From: Armatimonadota bacterium
GTDB taxonomy: Bacteria > Armatimonadota > UBA5829 > DSUL01
Direction: 5' to 3'
Assembly (NCBI GenBank): GCA_039811685.1
Contig: JBDHZC010000002.1
Coordinates: forward strand, 128,001-192,000
DNA: 64,000 nucleotides
In this document: positions 36,281 to 46,178 of the stretch, piece by piece
Numbering within the stretch: the stretch's first letter is position 1
Layout: the number at the start of each line of letters is the position of its first letter
Position numbers and translations under genes: made by a program
Notes under the pieces: generated by a model
What the model saw: the letters and a program-made list of their open reading frames with translations, nothing else
What the model was told of the DNA's origin: nothing
The model's database searches: none

Positions 36281-39200
36281 ATGAAACGAAAATGGTTGGC
36301 CGCAGCGGGAGCTGTCTTTGCAGCTGCGCTGGTGGCTACGCTGCCCGGGCTGTCCCCGGCCCAGGCGGACACCGTGATTGTGGAGAGCCGCCAGCCAGGT
36401 GGCGCCGCAACCGGTGATCCGCCGTACAAGGAGCTGTCCACAGGGTGGGCAAACTCCAGTGGCAAGAGTACGGCTCCGGGACTGAGCGGAACCGGCTGCC
36501 GATATACACCGGTGAATGCTACGCCGGACCCGAATCAGTCATTCAAAGTCACGCCAACTCTGGGAGTTGCGGGCGGCAAGTACCGCGTATCAGTTACGCA
36601 CACCAATCTGAATACGTCTCCGGACATCGTGATAGGCGTAGCAACGACTAACGGCTCCGGACTTCCGGCGACTACGGACGCTTTCCAGGCGCAGTATTCT
36701 AACGTCTGGCAGCAGGTCGGAGTGCTTCAGCTTGACGCGGGACAGACTACGCCAGTTGTCACCTTCAGCTACAGCTCTGGCACTTTTACTGACGTGAACG
36801 GGCGGTTTTATGCCGACGGTGTCAAGTTTGAATACATCCAGCCGTGTGAAGCGACTCCGGCGGTGACGGTGCCTGGTCCCCTGCGTCCTGGCGACACAAG
36901 CGTTACTGTGACCGGCGTTGCCAACAACGCGACATCAGTCAAAGTGTACTCTCTCTCTGGTGGGAGCCCACACCTCCTGGGCTCAGCAACCGTAAGCGGG
37001 CAGGACACTGTCAGCGTTCCGGTCAGCCCGGCCCTGACAGGCGGTCTTAAGATAGCCGCAACTCAGGTTGTCAGCGGAGTAGAGGGTTGCATTCCAGCCA
37101 TTGGCGTTGTTGTCGGTGATGTGATTGTTGAGAGCCGCCCAGGCGGACAGAACTACAGTAAATACGCTGATACGGGAACGTGGGGCAATAGCTCCGCCAA
37201 GAGCGCGGCGCCAGGGACGACGTCTGGAATTGGGTGCCGCTATGCCTATACAGTCGCCGCAGGCAATCCGGCTTTCACAGTCTCGCCGACTCTATCGGCA
37301 GGCAAGCAGTACGGCGTGGATATTACCACCACAAACGCTAACGGAAACACTTCGCCGGACATTGTCATCGCAGTCACGCAGACTAACTCAACCGGGCTTC
37401 CTGCAACTACAACCGCCTTCCAGCGGGCAAATGGAACTGGACAGTGGATTCGCGTCGGTGAGTTGACTGTTGATTCCAATCAGCAGAATGTGTCTGTAAC
37501 CTTCACCTATGCGTCAGGGACACTCGCAGCGACGGGTGGACGCCTTTACGCGGATGCCGTACGCTTTGTGGACCTGTCCGATCCGTGCTCCAGCGCTCAG
37601 GCGCCTCCTGTCATCCCGAGCGTAACGGGCGAGTTGGGCGCAGGGCAGACTACTGTCCTGGTACCGGGGGTCGCCGCAAACGCTACAAAAGTGACAGTCT
37701 ATGCGGATAGCGCGGAGATCGGATCACTCTCAAGCGGAGTTGCTGCAGGTGATAACACCGTAACAGTTGCGCCTCTGGTCAAGGGACAACAGATCACCGC
37801 CACTCAGACCGCAAACGGCATCGAAAGCTGCCGCGTCGCAGTTGGGGCGGTAGTCGGTGGCGGAGCCAACCCGAAGGTGCGCATCGTTGTGAACATCCGT
37901 GAGGACGACGCTCTTACCGGGCCGGTTGGAGCAACTGGAAGCAGCCCATCCGCTACGATCGCCTTTTTGGGCGCCACCGGAAGGGTCAACAACGGCTTCG
38001 GCAATGCGCCCATCGGCGGCAGAGTCATCACGCCAAGCGCCTGCTGGCAGACTGTGAGCTTCAACCGCGGGCCGGACCCGAACAACCCGATTGATCCGAT
38101 CTACGAGTGGTCGGGGCCAAACGACCAGAAGTTGACCGGAAACTACGGCATTCTGGACTCCATCGGCTTCGCGATTGAAGGTACGGACAACGGCCCTTAC
38201 AACATCTACATTGACAACCTGACGAACGGAACCACCCTGCTCCAGGACTGGGAGAGCGCAACTGTGGGGACAGAGGCTGTGCTCCTGAGCAAGCCGAGCT
38301 TCTCCGGAACCACCAGCGTTTTCCTGATGCCGCTGACAGGGCCCGTGAATCCGAACGACTCGGTCGTCAGTGACGACTACGCGGATATTGGCTCGCATTC
38401 CTTGAGGGTCAAGTGGCAGTTCAAGGATACGGCTCCGATTGACTGGTTGCGACTTCCGCTTGTGGGCACCGGTGGCGGAGCGACTGTCAATCCGATGGTG
38501 GACCTGAGCAAGCCGATCTCCTTCCGCCTGCTTCTCTTGCCTGTAGGTGTCACGCCGGGCGCCGGGCCTGCGATAACACAACACCCACAGGATAAGAGCG
38601 CCTCTGTCGGGGACAGCGTCACATTCACTGTCGCTGCCACGGGAAGCGGGACTCTGTCCTATCAGTGGCTGGAGAATGGCGCGCCGGTAGGGACTAACAG
38701 CGCTACTCTGACGCTGAGCAACGTGCAGGCGTCGGATAATGGAGCGAAGATCGTCGCAGTCGTGTGCGACAGCACAGGCTCGAAGGCGTCTAATGCCGCG
38801 ACACTGACGGTGAATGCAGCGACGCCAATGTCTATCGGCGACGCCCGCCAGAAGACGGACGGCTCCACAGTGACAATCACCGAAGGACAGGTCGTAACGC
38901 TAACCGGCGATGGATTCTTCTATATGCAGGATGCGCCCGGCAACGCAGGTATCCGCGTAGAGTCCTCAACAGCCGTAAACCAGAACGACACAGTCTCGAT
39001 CACTAACGCCACGATAGGAACGAACGCGAATGGCGAGCGCACCCTTAGCGGCGGCACAGTTACGGTGGGCGCTGCTGGTACGACTGTTGTGCGCAAGACA
39101 AACAACAAGAGCATTGGTGGCACGGGCTACGTCGATCAGTTCGGACTGACCAACCAGGGGCTTCTGATGAAGATATTCGGCAAGGTCACCAAGTGGGACT

Positions 39201-39409
39201 TCATGCCGGAGAACTACATCCTGGTGGACGACGGCTCAAACGTGAACGCCGAGGATACAGACCGGGGCATTAAAGTCATCTCTGACTACTTCCCGCAAGC
39301 CATCGGCGAATATGTCACGGCAGTCGGTGTCGTAGGCTCTGAAATCAAGAATGGCAAGAAGATCCGGGTCCTCCGGGCACTGCCTAACGGAGTCACGCTT
39401 CAGCAGTAA
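36281..39409 (+). CDS. Large secreted/surface protein: two tandem (golvesin/CBM-like + Ig-like) units, beta-sandwich, Ig domain, shared C-terminal module
   Basis: SD AAGGAGG; signal peptide ending AQA; duplicated VIVESR...GCRY...SPDIV...GLPATT.AFQ...YAD.V.F; Ig motif ITQHPQ...VTFTV.A.G...LSYQW. Confidence 0.88.
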   Translation: MKRKWLAAAGAVFAAALVATLPGLSPAQADTVIVESRQPGGAATGDPPYKELSTGWANSSGKSTAPGLSGTGCRYTPVNATPDPNQSFKVTPTLGVAGGKYRVSVTHTNLNTSPDIVIGVATTNGSGLPATTDAFQAQYSNVWQQVGVLQLDAGQTTPVVTFSYSSGTFTDVNGRFYADGVKFEYIQPCEATPAVTVPGPLRPGDTSVTVTGVANNATSVKVYSLSGGSPHLLGSATVSGQDTVSVPVSPALTGGLKIAATQVVSGVEGCIPAIGVVVGDVIVESRPGGQNYSKYADTGTWGNSSAKSAAPGTTSGIGCRYAYTVAAGNPAFTVSPTLSAGKQYGVDITTTNANGNTSPDIVIAVTQTNSTGLPATTTAFQRANGTGQWIRVGELTVDSNQQNVSVTFTYASGTLAATGGRLYADAVRFVDLSDPCSSAQAPPVIPSVTGELGAGQTTVLVPGVAANATKVTVYADSAEIGSLSSGVAAGDNTVTVAPLVKGQQITATQTANGIESCRVAVGAVVGGGANPKVRIVVNIREDDALTGPVGATGSSPSATIAFLGATGRVNNGFGNAPIGGRVITPSACWQTVSFNRGPDPNNPIDPIYEWSGPNDQKLTGNYGILDSIGFAIEGTDNGPYNIYIDNLTNGTTLLQDWESATVGTEAVLLSKPSFSGTTSVFLMPLTGPVNPNDSVVSDDYADIGSHSLRVKWQFKDTAPIDWLRLPLVGTGGGATVNPMVDLSKPISFRLLLLPVGVTPGAGPAITQHPQDKSASVGDSVTFTVAATGSGTLSYQWLENGAPVGTNSATLTLSNVQASDNGAKIVAVVCDSTGSKASNAATLTVNAATPMSIGDARQKTDGSTVTITEGQVVTLTGDGFFYMQDAPGNAGIRVESSTAVNQNDTVSITNATIGTNANGERTLSGGTVTVGAAGTTVVRKTNNKSIGGTGYVDQFGLTNQGLLMKIFGKVTKWDFMPENYILVDDGSNVNAEDTDRGIKVISDYFPQAIGEYVTAVGVVGSEIKNGKKIRVLRALPNGVTLQQ

Positions 39410-39444
39410 ACTGCTGATTCCGGACTTCTGGTGTGGAAGCTGAG

Positions 39445-39478
39445 GAGGCGGCCTGCGCTCTGCAGGCCGCCTCTTTTT
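39445..39478 (+). terminator. Intrinsic terminator
   Basis: GAGGCGGCCTGC-GCTCT-GCAGGCCGCCTC-TTTTT. Confidence 0.85.
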
Positions 39479-39490
39479 CGTGGCGGACAA

Positions 39491-39937
39491 TCAGCGGAGT
39501 GCTCTGATGAAGCGTTGTGAGGCGCCTTCGTCCAGGCTCTTCATCTCCTCGGATGCTTCTTTGCGCAGATGCTCCTCACGCTGTTTGTCTCTATACTTCT
39601 CGAGCGCTTTGCGTGCCCTCATCGCCTCCATCGCTTCACGCATTTTGGCGTCAACTGCCTGCTGCGCGATGTGGACCGCATGCGCCTGGTCGGCGATTTC
39701 GTCGTCCAGAGCGCACAGAAAAGGATAAGAGGCGTACTCTGATGCGGGATTTTTTTCTGAAAGGCGGCGCAGCGCCGCCCGTTGAGTCAGCTCGCTCGCG
39801 CGCGATTTCAGCAACCGGAGCCGGGCTTCAGCACTGTCGCGCTCGCGCTGAAGCTCAGCCAAAGCGCTCAGCAGAATCTGCTCCTGAGACTGGCGCAGGT
39901 TCAATAGAGGCTGGAGACGGAAGGCAAAGCGCTTCAT
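39491..39937 (-). CDS. fliJ: Flagellar export protein FliJ
   Basis: [15 protein letters not shown], coiled coil, RKALEKY, E.K.LDE. Follows fliI. Confidence 0.9.
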   Translation of the reverse strand: MKRFAFRLQPLLNLRQSQEQILLSALAELQRERDSAEARLRLLKSRASELTQRAALRRLSEKNPASEYASYPFLCALDDEIADQAHAVHIAQQAVDAKMREAMEAMRARKALEKYRDKQREEHLRKEASEEMKSLDEGASQRFIRALR

Positions 39938-41304
39938 TCGGCGTCGCTGGACGACACCTGAGCAAGCTGCTGGACAGTCTCGTCAAAATCCGCGCGCGCG
40001 TGGATGTCTTGCCTGAGAATCGAGTTAATAGCGTCGCGCGTGGCGATCGCTTCATCCACTTCGGCATTAGCTCCGGCCACATAAGCGCCAATCGTGATGA
40101 GGTCTTCGTTGTCGCGGTACGCTGCCATCAGACGCCGCACGTGCCCCGCCGCGCGACGGTGCTCAGTTGAGGTAATCTCAGGCATGACACGGCTGACGCT
40201 TGCCAGCACATCGACCGCAGGATAGTGATTCTGATGGGCGAGATTGCGCGAAAGCACAATATGGCCGTCAAGAATCGAGCGCACCGAGTCCGCCACAGGC
40301 TCGTTCATATCGTCTCCGTCCACCAGCACAGTGTAGAGTCCGGTGATGGATCCCCTGGAGGAGGTCCCCGTGCGCTCCAACAGCTTTGGAAGCATGGCAA
40401 AGACGCTGGGAGTGTAGCCGCGCGTTGTGGGAGGCTCTCCGGCAGCCAGGCCGATCTCCCTCTGAGCCCAGGCGATGCGCGTCACAGAATCCAGCATCAA
40501 CAGGACCCGCTTTCCCTGATCGCGAAAGTACTCCGCAATCGTCGTCGCTACCTGAGCGCCCCGCAGACGCTGAATCGAGACCTGATCAGAGGTGGCTACC
40601 ACTACGACTGAACGCGCCAGTCCTTCCGGGCCCAGATCGCGCTCGATGAAGTCGCGAACTTCGCGGCCGCGCTCTCCAATCAATCCGATGACGTTGATGT
40701 CGGCTTCGGTGTTGCGGGCTATCATCCCCAGCAGCGTGCTTTTTCCTACTCCGCTCCCCGCAAAGATGCCTACGCGCTGACCCGTCCCACAAGTGATAAG
40801 CCCGTCAATGGCTCTTACGCCCAGCGCCAGTCTCTGCGTGATTCGCTCACGCTCCAGCGGGTGCGGCGGCTCTCGAAGCGTCGAGGCGAAGTGGTTCGTC
40901 TCCACGGGTGGTTTGCCGTCCATCGGCCTGCCCAGCCCGTCCAAAACCCGTCCTAGCAGATCGTCTGAAAGAGCTACCTGCAGAGGGCTCCCTGTCGCCG
41001 ACACCTCCGCGCCTTTGCCCAGGTCACCAATCTCTCCGAAGGGCATTAGCAGCACGCGGTCATCGTTGAAACCCACGACCTCCGCCAGCATCGGGGGGTC
41101 ATATCTATTGGGGTAGATTTCGCATATTTCACCCATCCGGGCTGCGGGTCCCGCCGACTCAACCAGCACACCAACAATGCGCGAGACCCGTCCGTTCAGA
41201 CGAATTGCGTTGACGCGCGATAGCGCTTGTGAGTACTTTTCGAGTTCGGGTGACTTCAGTGGCACAGATCCAGGCCCTTTTCTGATCTCAAGCGGCTTCC
41301 TCAA
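39934..41304 (-). CDS. fliI: Flagellar export ATPase FliI
   Basis: [39 protein letters not shown]. Start may be slightly downstream. Confidence 0.95.
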   Translation of the reverse strand: MRKPLEIRKGPGSVPLKSPELEKYSQALSRVNAIRLNGRVSRIVGVLVESAGPAARMGEICEIYPNRYDPPMLAEVVGFNDDRVLLMPFGEIGDLGKGAEVSATGSPLQVALSDDLLGRVLDGLGRPMDGKPPVETNHFASTLREPPHPLERERITQRLALGVRAIDGLITCGTGQRVGIFAGSGVGKSTLLGMIARNTEADINVIGLIGERGREVRDFIERDLGPEGLARSVVVVATSDQVSIQRLRGAQVATTIAEYFRDQGKRVLLMLDSVTRIAWAQREIGLAAGEPPTTRGYTPSVFAMLPKLLERTGTSSRGSITGLYTVLVDGDDMNEPVADSVRSILDGHIVLSRNLAHQNHYPAVDVLASVSRVMPEITSTEHRRAAGHVRRLMAAYRDNEDLITIGAYVAGANAEVDEAIATRDAINSILRQDIHARADFDETVQQLAQVSSSDAE

Positions 41305-41914
41305 GGCGCTTGTGAATCTCGTCTATCTGTGAGGACTGACGCCCGTCCAGAATACCGTCTGCTGACTCAACAATCACTCCGCCCTGCTCCACCCGGCGAT
41401 CCTCAATGATCTCCAGATCGCGCACACCGTCCAACCACTCCGCAATATCCTCACGCGCACCTCGCACCATTTCGATATCGGCGCGGTTGACTCGCAGGCG
41501 AACGTGCCCCCGGTCTCTCAGCTGCCGCAGCGCCAGACGCAATACCTGCAATACTGTCTCTGGAGCCTGCTGCACTTCGTGCGTCACAATTTTAGAAGCG
41601 ATCTCGAGAGACAGCTTCAACACTTCGGGCTCCAGCGCGTCACAGATTCGCTGATAGTCCTCTTCCAGCGCGTTGCGCTGTTCGTTAAGCTGCTCGAGGG
41701 CCAGCCGAAAACGCTCAGCGCCTTCACTGAGACCCTCCCGAAAGCCCTGCTGGCGGGCTTCGTCACGTAAGGTCTGCGCCTGCGCTCGCGCCTCTGAGAG
41801 AAGATGCTGCGCCTGTTCTTCCGCGCTGACTGTTTCGTCCGCTTCGCTTACGCGCAGAAGGCGGGCGGCGATTGAAGCGGAATCCACGATGTAGGTGTCC
41901 ACCGGACTAGACAA
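41288..41914 (-). CDS. fliH: Flagellar assembly protein FliH
   Basis: AxxxGxxxG repeats ([13 protein letters not shown]), [20 protein letters not shown]. True start near TTG 41914 or GTG 41902, not 42019. Confidence 0.9.
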   Translation of the reverse strand: MSSPVDTYIVDSASIAARLLRVSEADETVSAEEQAQHLLSEARAQAQTLRDEARQQGFREGLSEGAERFRLALEQLNEQRNALEEDYQRICDALEPEVLKLSLEIASKIVTHEVQQAPETVLQVLRLALRQLRDRGHVRLRVNRADIEMVRGAREDIAEWLDGVRDLEIIEDRRVEQGGVIVESADGILDGRQSSQIDEIHKRLEEAA

Positions 41915-42977
41915 ACTGCTCCTCAGAGTCCTGTGCGCCGTCGCGTGCGATAGTAATCTCGCCTTTCTCCTCCAGCGCCCGAATTGCCAGAGCAATGCGC
42001 TGCTGAGCTGCCTCGACATCCTTAAGCCGGACCGGGCCGCTCATCTCCATGTCCTCCTTAAGACTGCTGGCGGCGCGCTCGGACATGTTGCCAAAAATCT
42101 TCTCTTTGACGGCTTCCTGGCTGCCTCGCAGCGCCAGGCGGAGATCTTCCTGCTCCACTTCCCGCAGAATCGTCTGCACGGCGCGGTCATCAATGAGCAG
42201 AATATCTTCAAAGACGAAAAGCTTGCGCTTGATTTCGTCTGCAAGCGCCGGATCGTCACTGGCGAGGCTGTCCAGAATTGACCTCTCCAGCGCTCTGTCA
42301 CCGGAGTTCAAAATGTCCACCAGCGACTGGACTCCACTCACCTGCCGCATCTGCTCTCCCTGCGACGCACTCGCCCTGTTCTTGAGTGCCTGCTCAATTT
42401 TGGCGAGCACTTCGGGGGACGCGGACTCCATTTTTGCGATGCGCCGCGTCACTTTCTGGCGCAGCTCGGCGTCCAGAGCACCCAGCACCTGGGCCGCACG
42501 ATTTCCCGGAAGCTGCACAGTCACCAGCGCGATAGTCTGCGGTTGCTCGTTCTGCAACCAGCGCGCAAGCTGGAGTGGTTCTACATGCTGGAGCCAGTCC
42601 GAGGGCTCAGACCCGCGGCTGCTGACGATCTTTTCAATCAGGCTCGCCGCCTTCTGTGCACCAAGGGCCTGCTCCAATACCTGCCGCGCGTATTCCACTC
42701 CGCCCTGAGACAGCAGGCTCGTCGTCTGATAAAGACTCTCGAACTCCGCAAAGACCAGGCGCTTGGTCTCCATGTCCACCTTTTCCTGGCGGACAAGCTC
42801 GTTAGCCAGACGTTCTACCTCGTCCTGCTTCAACTTGCTCATGATCTCCCCGGAAGCCTCAGCGCCGAGCGTGATGAGCAGGATAGCGGCCTTCTGCAGA
42901 CCGCTTAAAGTTTTGCGTGGAGGGGCTGGAGGCGCACCCGATTCCTGGCTGAAAAGATTGAACTCTGTTGTTGCCAT
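41907..42977 (-). CDS. fliG: Flagellar motor switch protein FliG
   Basis: LSGLQKAAILL, GGVEYA, EQPQTIAL, LFVFED, NMSERAA, DVEAAQ. Confidence 0.96.
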   Translation of the reverse strand: MATTEFNLFSQESGAPPAPPRKTLSGLQKAAILLITLGAEASGEIMSKLKQDEVERLANELVRQEKVDMETKRLVFAEFESLYQTTSLLSQGGVEYARQVLEQALGAQKAASLIEKIVSSRGSEPSDWLQHVEPLQLARWLQNEQPQTIALVTVQLPGNRAAQVLGALDAELRQKVTRRIAKMESASPEVLAKIEQALKNRASASQGEQMRQVSGVQSLVDILNSGDRALERSILDSLASDDPALADEIKRKLFVFEDILLIDDRAVQTILREVEQEDLRLALRGSQEAVKEKIFGNMSERAASSLKEDMEMSGPVRLKDVEAAQQRIALAIRALEEKGEITIARDGAQDSEEQFV

Positions 42978-44677
42978 CAGGCCGCTCTGTCCTCAGCCAT
43001 CCACGTACGCACGATAGTGGCGACTTCTTCGGGATTCGATTTCGCCAGCTCCTGGGCTTCACCCACGGGGAGACCCTGCCCTTCCGGCGGACGCTTCATG
43101 TGAGGTGGACCATTTTCCTCACTACTAACTGAAGAGTCCGTGGCGAATCCGCCGCCGTCGGTTTCAGGCGCAAAACCTGCGAAAGACGACTCCGCACTGA
43201 CGCCGGATGCGCCTGCCGCCGGAAACTCTCCACCGCCAAAGAGAGCGCCAGCTTCACCGGCGGCCTGAGACTGTGCGGCGCCTCCTGAGATTGTGATGGT
43301 CTGGCGTGAGATGGCCCCTTTCATAAACAGAGCGAATCCGACCAGGAGAATGACCCCGAGAGCGTTTCGTCCGACCCCGAGATAGCCGCCAAGCGAAGCG
43401 GCGATACCCGGACTCGGAGCGGGCTTCTGCTTTGGAAACTCGACGCTCTCGACGACGACTGCTCCATTAGAAGGTGTGATACCGGCAGTCGCAGCGACTG
43501 TCCTGCGTATAGATTCCAGCTTTGCCGCCGGCACATCGCTGTCCACCATCACAGCTACGGAGACGCTCTGCACTTCACCGGGCAGGGACTGGCTTTTACG
43601 CGTGGTCCGGTCAACCATATACTCGCGCTTGTACTGCTGGCGGTTGTAACCGTTGTCCTTTTGAGGTTGAACAGGTTGATTGGTGGCCTGCGTGTTTGGC
43701 TGCGAATTTGATGCAACGCCGGGCGCCCCACCTGCAACCTGAGCCGCTCCCTTGCCGTAGGCTTCACTCGTCGTGTCGTCAACAGAGAGAAATCCGTTGT
43801 CATTGGTAGCGCCGGTGGGCTTGCTGTAGCTCTCGGTGGTCGTCTCTGTGGAGTCAAGTTTGAGCTGGGCATTGACACGCACGACTGCTTTTGGGTTGCC
43901 CTGTGCGTCGCGCCCGACAACAGGCTCCAGCATCGTCTCGACATTTCTCTGAATCTCGTTCTCGATGCCGCGCTTGAGATCAAGCTGGCTGGCGCTGAGA
44001 CGGAAGCTGCTCGCAGACCCACTGCCCTCCGAAAGCAATTTCCCGCGCGTATCCACCACAGTTACGTGCTCCGGCTTCAGGCCTTCAACCGCCGCACTGA
44101 CCAGATTGACGATGCTGGCTACTTTCTCCTGATCAATGTCCCCGGGGGAGCGCAGATTGAGCAGAACGGAAGCCGTCGCGTCCTTTTCTTTGTCCGAGTA
44201 GAGTGTGTCTTCGGGGATGTTGATGTGAACGCGGGCGTCTGACACCTGATCGATAGAGGAGATCGTGCGCTGCAGCTCTCCCTGAAGCGCGCGAATGTAG
44301 TCCATCCTCTGCGTGAAGTCTGTCACACCCAGTGTGCTTCGGTCGAAAATCTCGAAACCGACTGAGCCGCCCTGCGGCAGGCCGTCCCCAGCCAGATTCA
44401 ACCGGACCTCATAGACATCCCGCGATGGAACCTCGACCGCTGTGCCGTTCGCAGATACCCGATAAGGCACCTTGCTGTCTCGCAGCTTCTGCACGATTCC
44501 GGCGGCATCCTCGGGTTTGAGGTTGGCGAAGAGCACAGTGTAGTCCGGCCGGCTGGCAATCATGGCGATCACTACGGCGGCGACTGTAATGCCGGCCGCA
44601 AAGAAAGTAACCATAAACCTCTGCGAAGATGTAAGATTCGCCCAGAGTTCCGGTAGCGCTTTGAGTTTAGATTCCAT
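42977..44677 (-). CDS. fliF: Flagellar MS-ring protein FliF
   Basis: Two TM segments, GFEIFD, RALQGELQRTI, ARVH, V.GLKPE.VTVVD. Confidence 0.95.
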   Translation of the reverse strand: MESKLKALPELWANLTSSQRFMVTFFAAGITVAAVVIAMIASRPDYTVLFANLKPEDAAGIVQKLRDSKVPYRVSANGTAVEVPSRDVYEVRLNLAGDGLPQGGSVGFEIFDRSTLGVTDFTQRMDYIRALQGELQRTISSIDQVSDARVHINIPEDTLYSDKEKDATASVLLNLRSPGDIDQEKVASIVNLVSAAVEGLKPEHVTVVDTRGKLLSEGSGSASSFRLSASQLDLKRGIENEIQRNVETMLEPVVGRDAQGNPKAVVRVNAQLKLDSTETTTESYSKPTGATNDNGFLSVDDTTSEAYGKGAAQVAGGAPGVASNSQPNTQATNQPVQPQKDNGYNRQQYKREYMVDRTTRKSQSLPGEVQSVSVAVMVDSDVPAAKLESIRRTVAATAGITPSNGAVVVESVEFPKQKPAPSPGIAASLGGYLGVGRNALGVILLVGFALFMKGAISRQTITISGGAAQSQAAGEAGALFGGGEFPAAGASGVSAESSFAGFAPETDGGGFATDSSVSSEENGPPHMKRPPEGQGLPVGEAQELAKSNPEEVATIVRTWMAEDRAA

Positions 44678-44724
44678 ACTATTTTGGGATGAGGCTGCTG
44701 TGGAGGCTGCTTACCGACCGCAGG

Positions 44725-45024
44725 TTACACCTGCATCCGCATAATCTCCTGGTAGGCTTCCAGCACCTTGTTTCGCACCTGGACAGTCAGCTCCAGAGCC
44801 GTACTGGCCTTCTGCATAGCCAGCATGGCATTGTGCAGCTCGCTGAGGTCTCCGGAGGCGACCTTCTGGGCAAGTTGATTGGCCTGATTCTCAAGGCCGG
44901 CCACCTGCTTTGTAGCATCTGTGAGGGCTTCACCAAAGCCGGAGTCAGCGCTACGCTTTGCTCCGGCAGCGCTGGAACCAGAGTCAAGAGAAGCTGATGA
45001 GGGAATAGAAGTCTCAATACGCAT
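44725..45024 (-). CDS. fliE: Flagellar hook-basal body protein FliE
   Basis: LH..MLAMQKA..ALELTVQVRNKVLEAYQEIMRMQV. Confidence 0.96.
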   Translation of the reverse strand: MRIETSIPSSASLDSGSSAAGAKRSADSGFGEALTDATKQVAGLENQANQLAQKVASGDLSELHNAMLAMQKASTALELTVQVRNKVLEAYQEIMRMQV

Positions 45025-45027
45025 GGA

Positions 45028-45447
45028 TTACCTCCGTCCTATTTCCAGCGCCTTCATCAGCATGGATTTCGTGGAGTTCATGACGGTGACGTTGGCTTCG
45101 TAGGAGCGGGTCGCGCTGATCATGTCCACCATCTCATCCACAACGCTGACGTTTGGCATGGTCACGTATCCGCGCGCATCGGCGTCCGGATGGCCGGGCT
45201 CATAGACCTTCTTCAGTGGCGAGGGGTCGCGCGCAACCTCGGAGACTCTCACGCCCTCGGGGGAGTCTGACAGCAGGGACTGATCCTGAAGTACAGTCTC
45301 GAAAACGACCTCTTTGCGCCGGTAGGGGCCGCCCTGCGACGTGCGCGTGGTGTTGACGTTGGCGATGTTCTCCGCAACCACGTCCAGCCGTTCGCGCTGC
45401 GCAGATAAGCCCATAGCGCTGATATCAAAAGCAGACAGCTTGCTCAT
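45028..45447 (-). CDS. flgC: Flagellar basal-body rod protein FlgC
   Basis: NIANVNTTR...GPYRRK, YEPGHPDAD, PNV..V.EMVDMISA.RSYEAN. Confidence 0.97.
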   Translation of the reverse strand: MSKLSAFDISAMGLSAQRERLDVVAENIANVNTTRTSQGGPYRRKEVVFETVLQDQSLLSDSPEGVRVSEVARDPSPLKKVYEPGHPDADARGYVTMPNVSVVDEMVDMISATRSYEANVTVMNSTKSMLMKALEIGRR

Positions 45448-45450
45448 GGC

Positions 45451-45834
45451 TTACCTTGTCCCTCCACTGATTACGGTGGTCAGCATACCACTTTTCAACC
45501 GGGTGAACTCAACCAGCGCGTTGTACTCGATAGAGTTGCGGGCAAGATCGGCCATCTCCCGGTCAATGTTGACGTTGTTGCCGTCCATTCGGGTGGAAGG
45601 CGTATCGTCTGTCTCCACAGAAGCCTTCAGACGCCTGGCCTGTTCAACATCGTTGACGGTTCCGTCCCGAAGCATATCCTTGAGGGTATCCTCAAAGTTG
45701 ACGACACTGCGTCTGAAGCCGGGGGTATCCGCATTGGCCACGTTGTTGGCGATCGTGCGGTTGCGCTCGGCGCAGGCATCCATTGTGGATGCAAGTACGG
45801 CGCGAGTGGGGTCGTCAAAAATTCCCAACACCAT
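45451..45834 (-). CDS. flgB: Flagellar basal-body rod protein FlgB
   Basis: IANNVANADTPGF, R.DGNNVNIDREM. Probable start ATG 45834 after GAGG. Confidence 0.96.
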   Translation of the reverse strand: MVLGIFDDPTRAVLASTMDACAERNRTIANNVANADTPGFRRSVVNFEDTLKDMLRDGTVNDVEQARRLKASVETDDTPSTRMDGNNVNIDREMADLARNSIEYNALVEFTRLKSGMLTTVISGGTR

Positions 45835-46178
45835 AGCGTACCTCTTCATTCGCTAGAGCCTGGCAGGGGTTGTCATCTGCCGGCTTGCAGCTCAGCCAGC
45901 GCCACCAGCGGATTGTCCCCGCCGTTTGACGCTTGCGCGACCTTCGAGAGATTGCGCATTACCATATCAGCCGCTTCCGTGCGAACAAGAGCTGTTGCCA
46001 GTTGGGCCGCGCGCCATCCCTGACGCACAGGCACTCACGAGACCACTCCTCATGAGTGACCTCGCGACACTCCTATCTTTGGCAGCGCCTGGTACTTTTT
46101 TCAGGTATGGAGAAGAGAATTTTTGCTCAAGGGGCTAAAGGTTTTTGCGATTTGTGTCGAAGAGGGCGCGGCGAAGGC

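Noticed and set aside
30611..42019. N-terminal extensions given by the ORF track for sigH (31471) and fliH (42019)
   Set aside because: The extensions are non-homologous, and for fliH overlap fliG by over 100 nt. Downstream starts fit better.
39491..45849. Non-flagellar type III secretion injectisome
   Set aside because: flgB, flgC, fliE and fliG are flagellum-specific.
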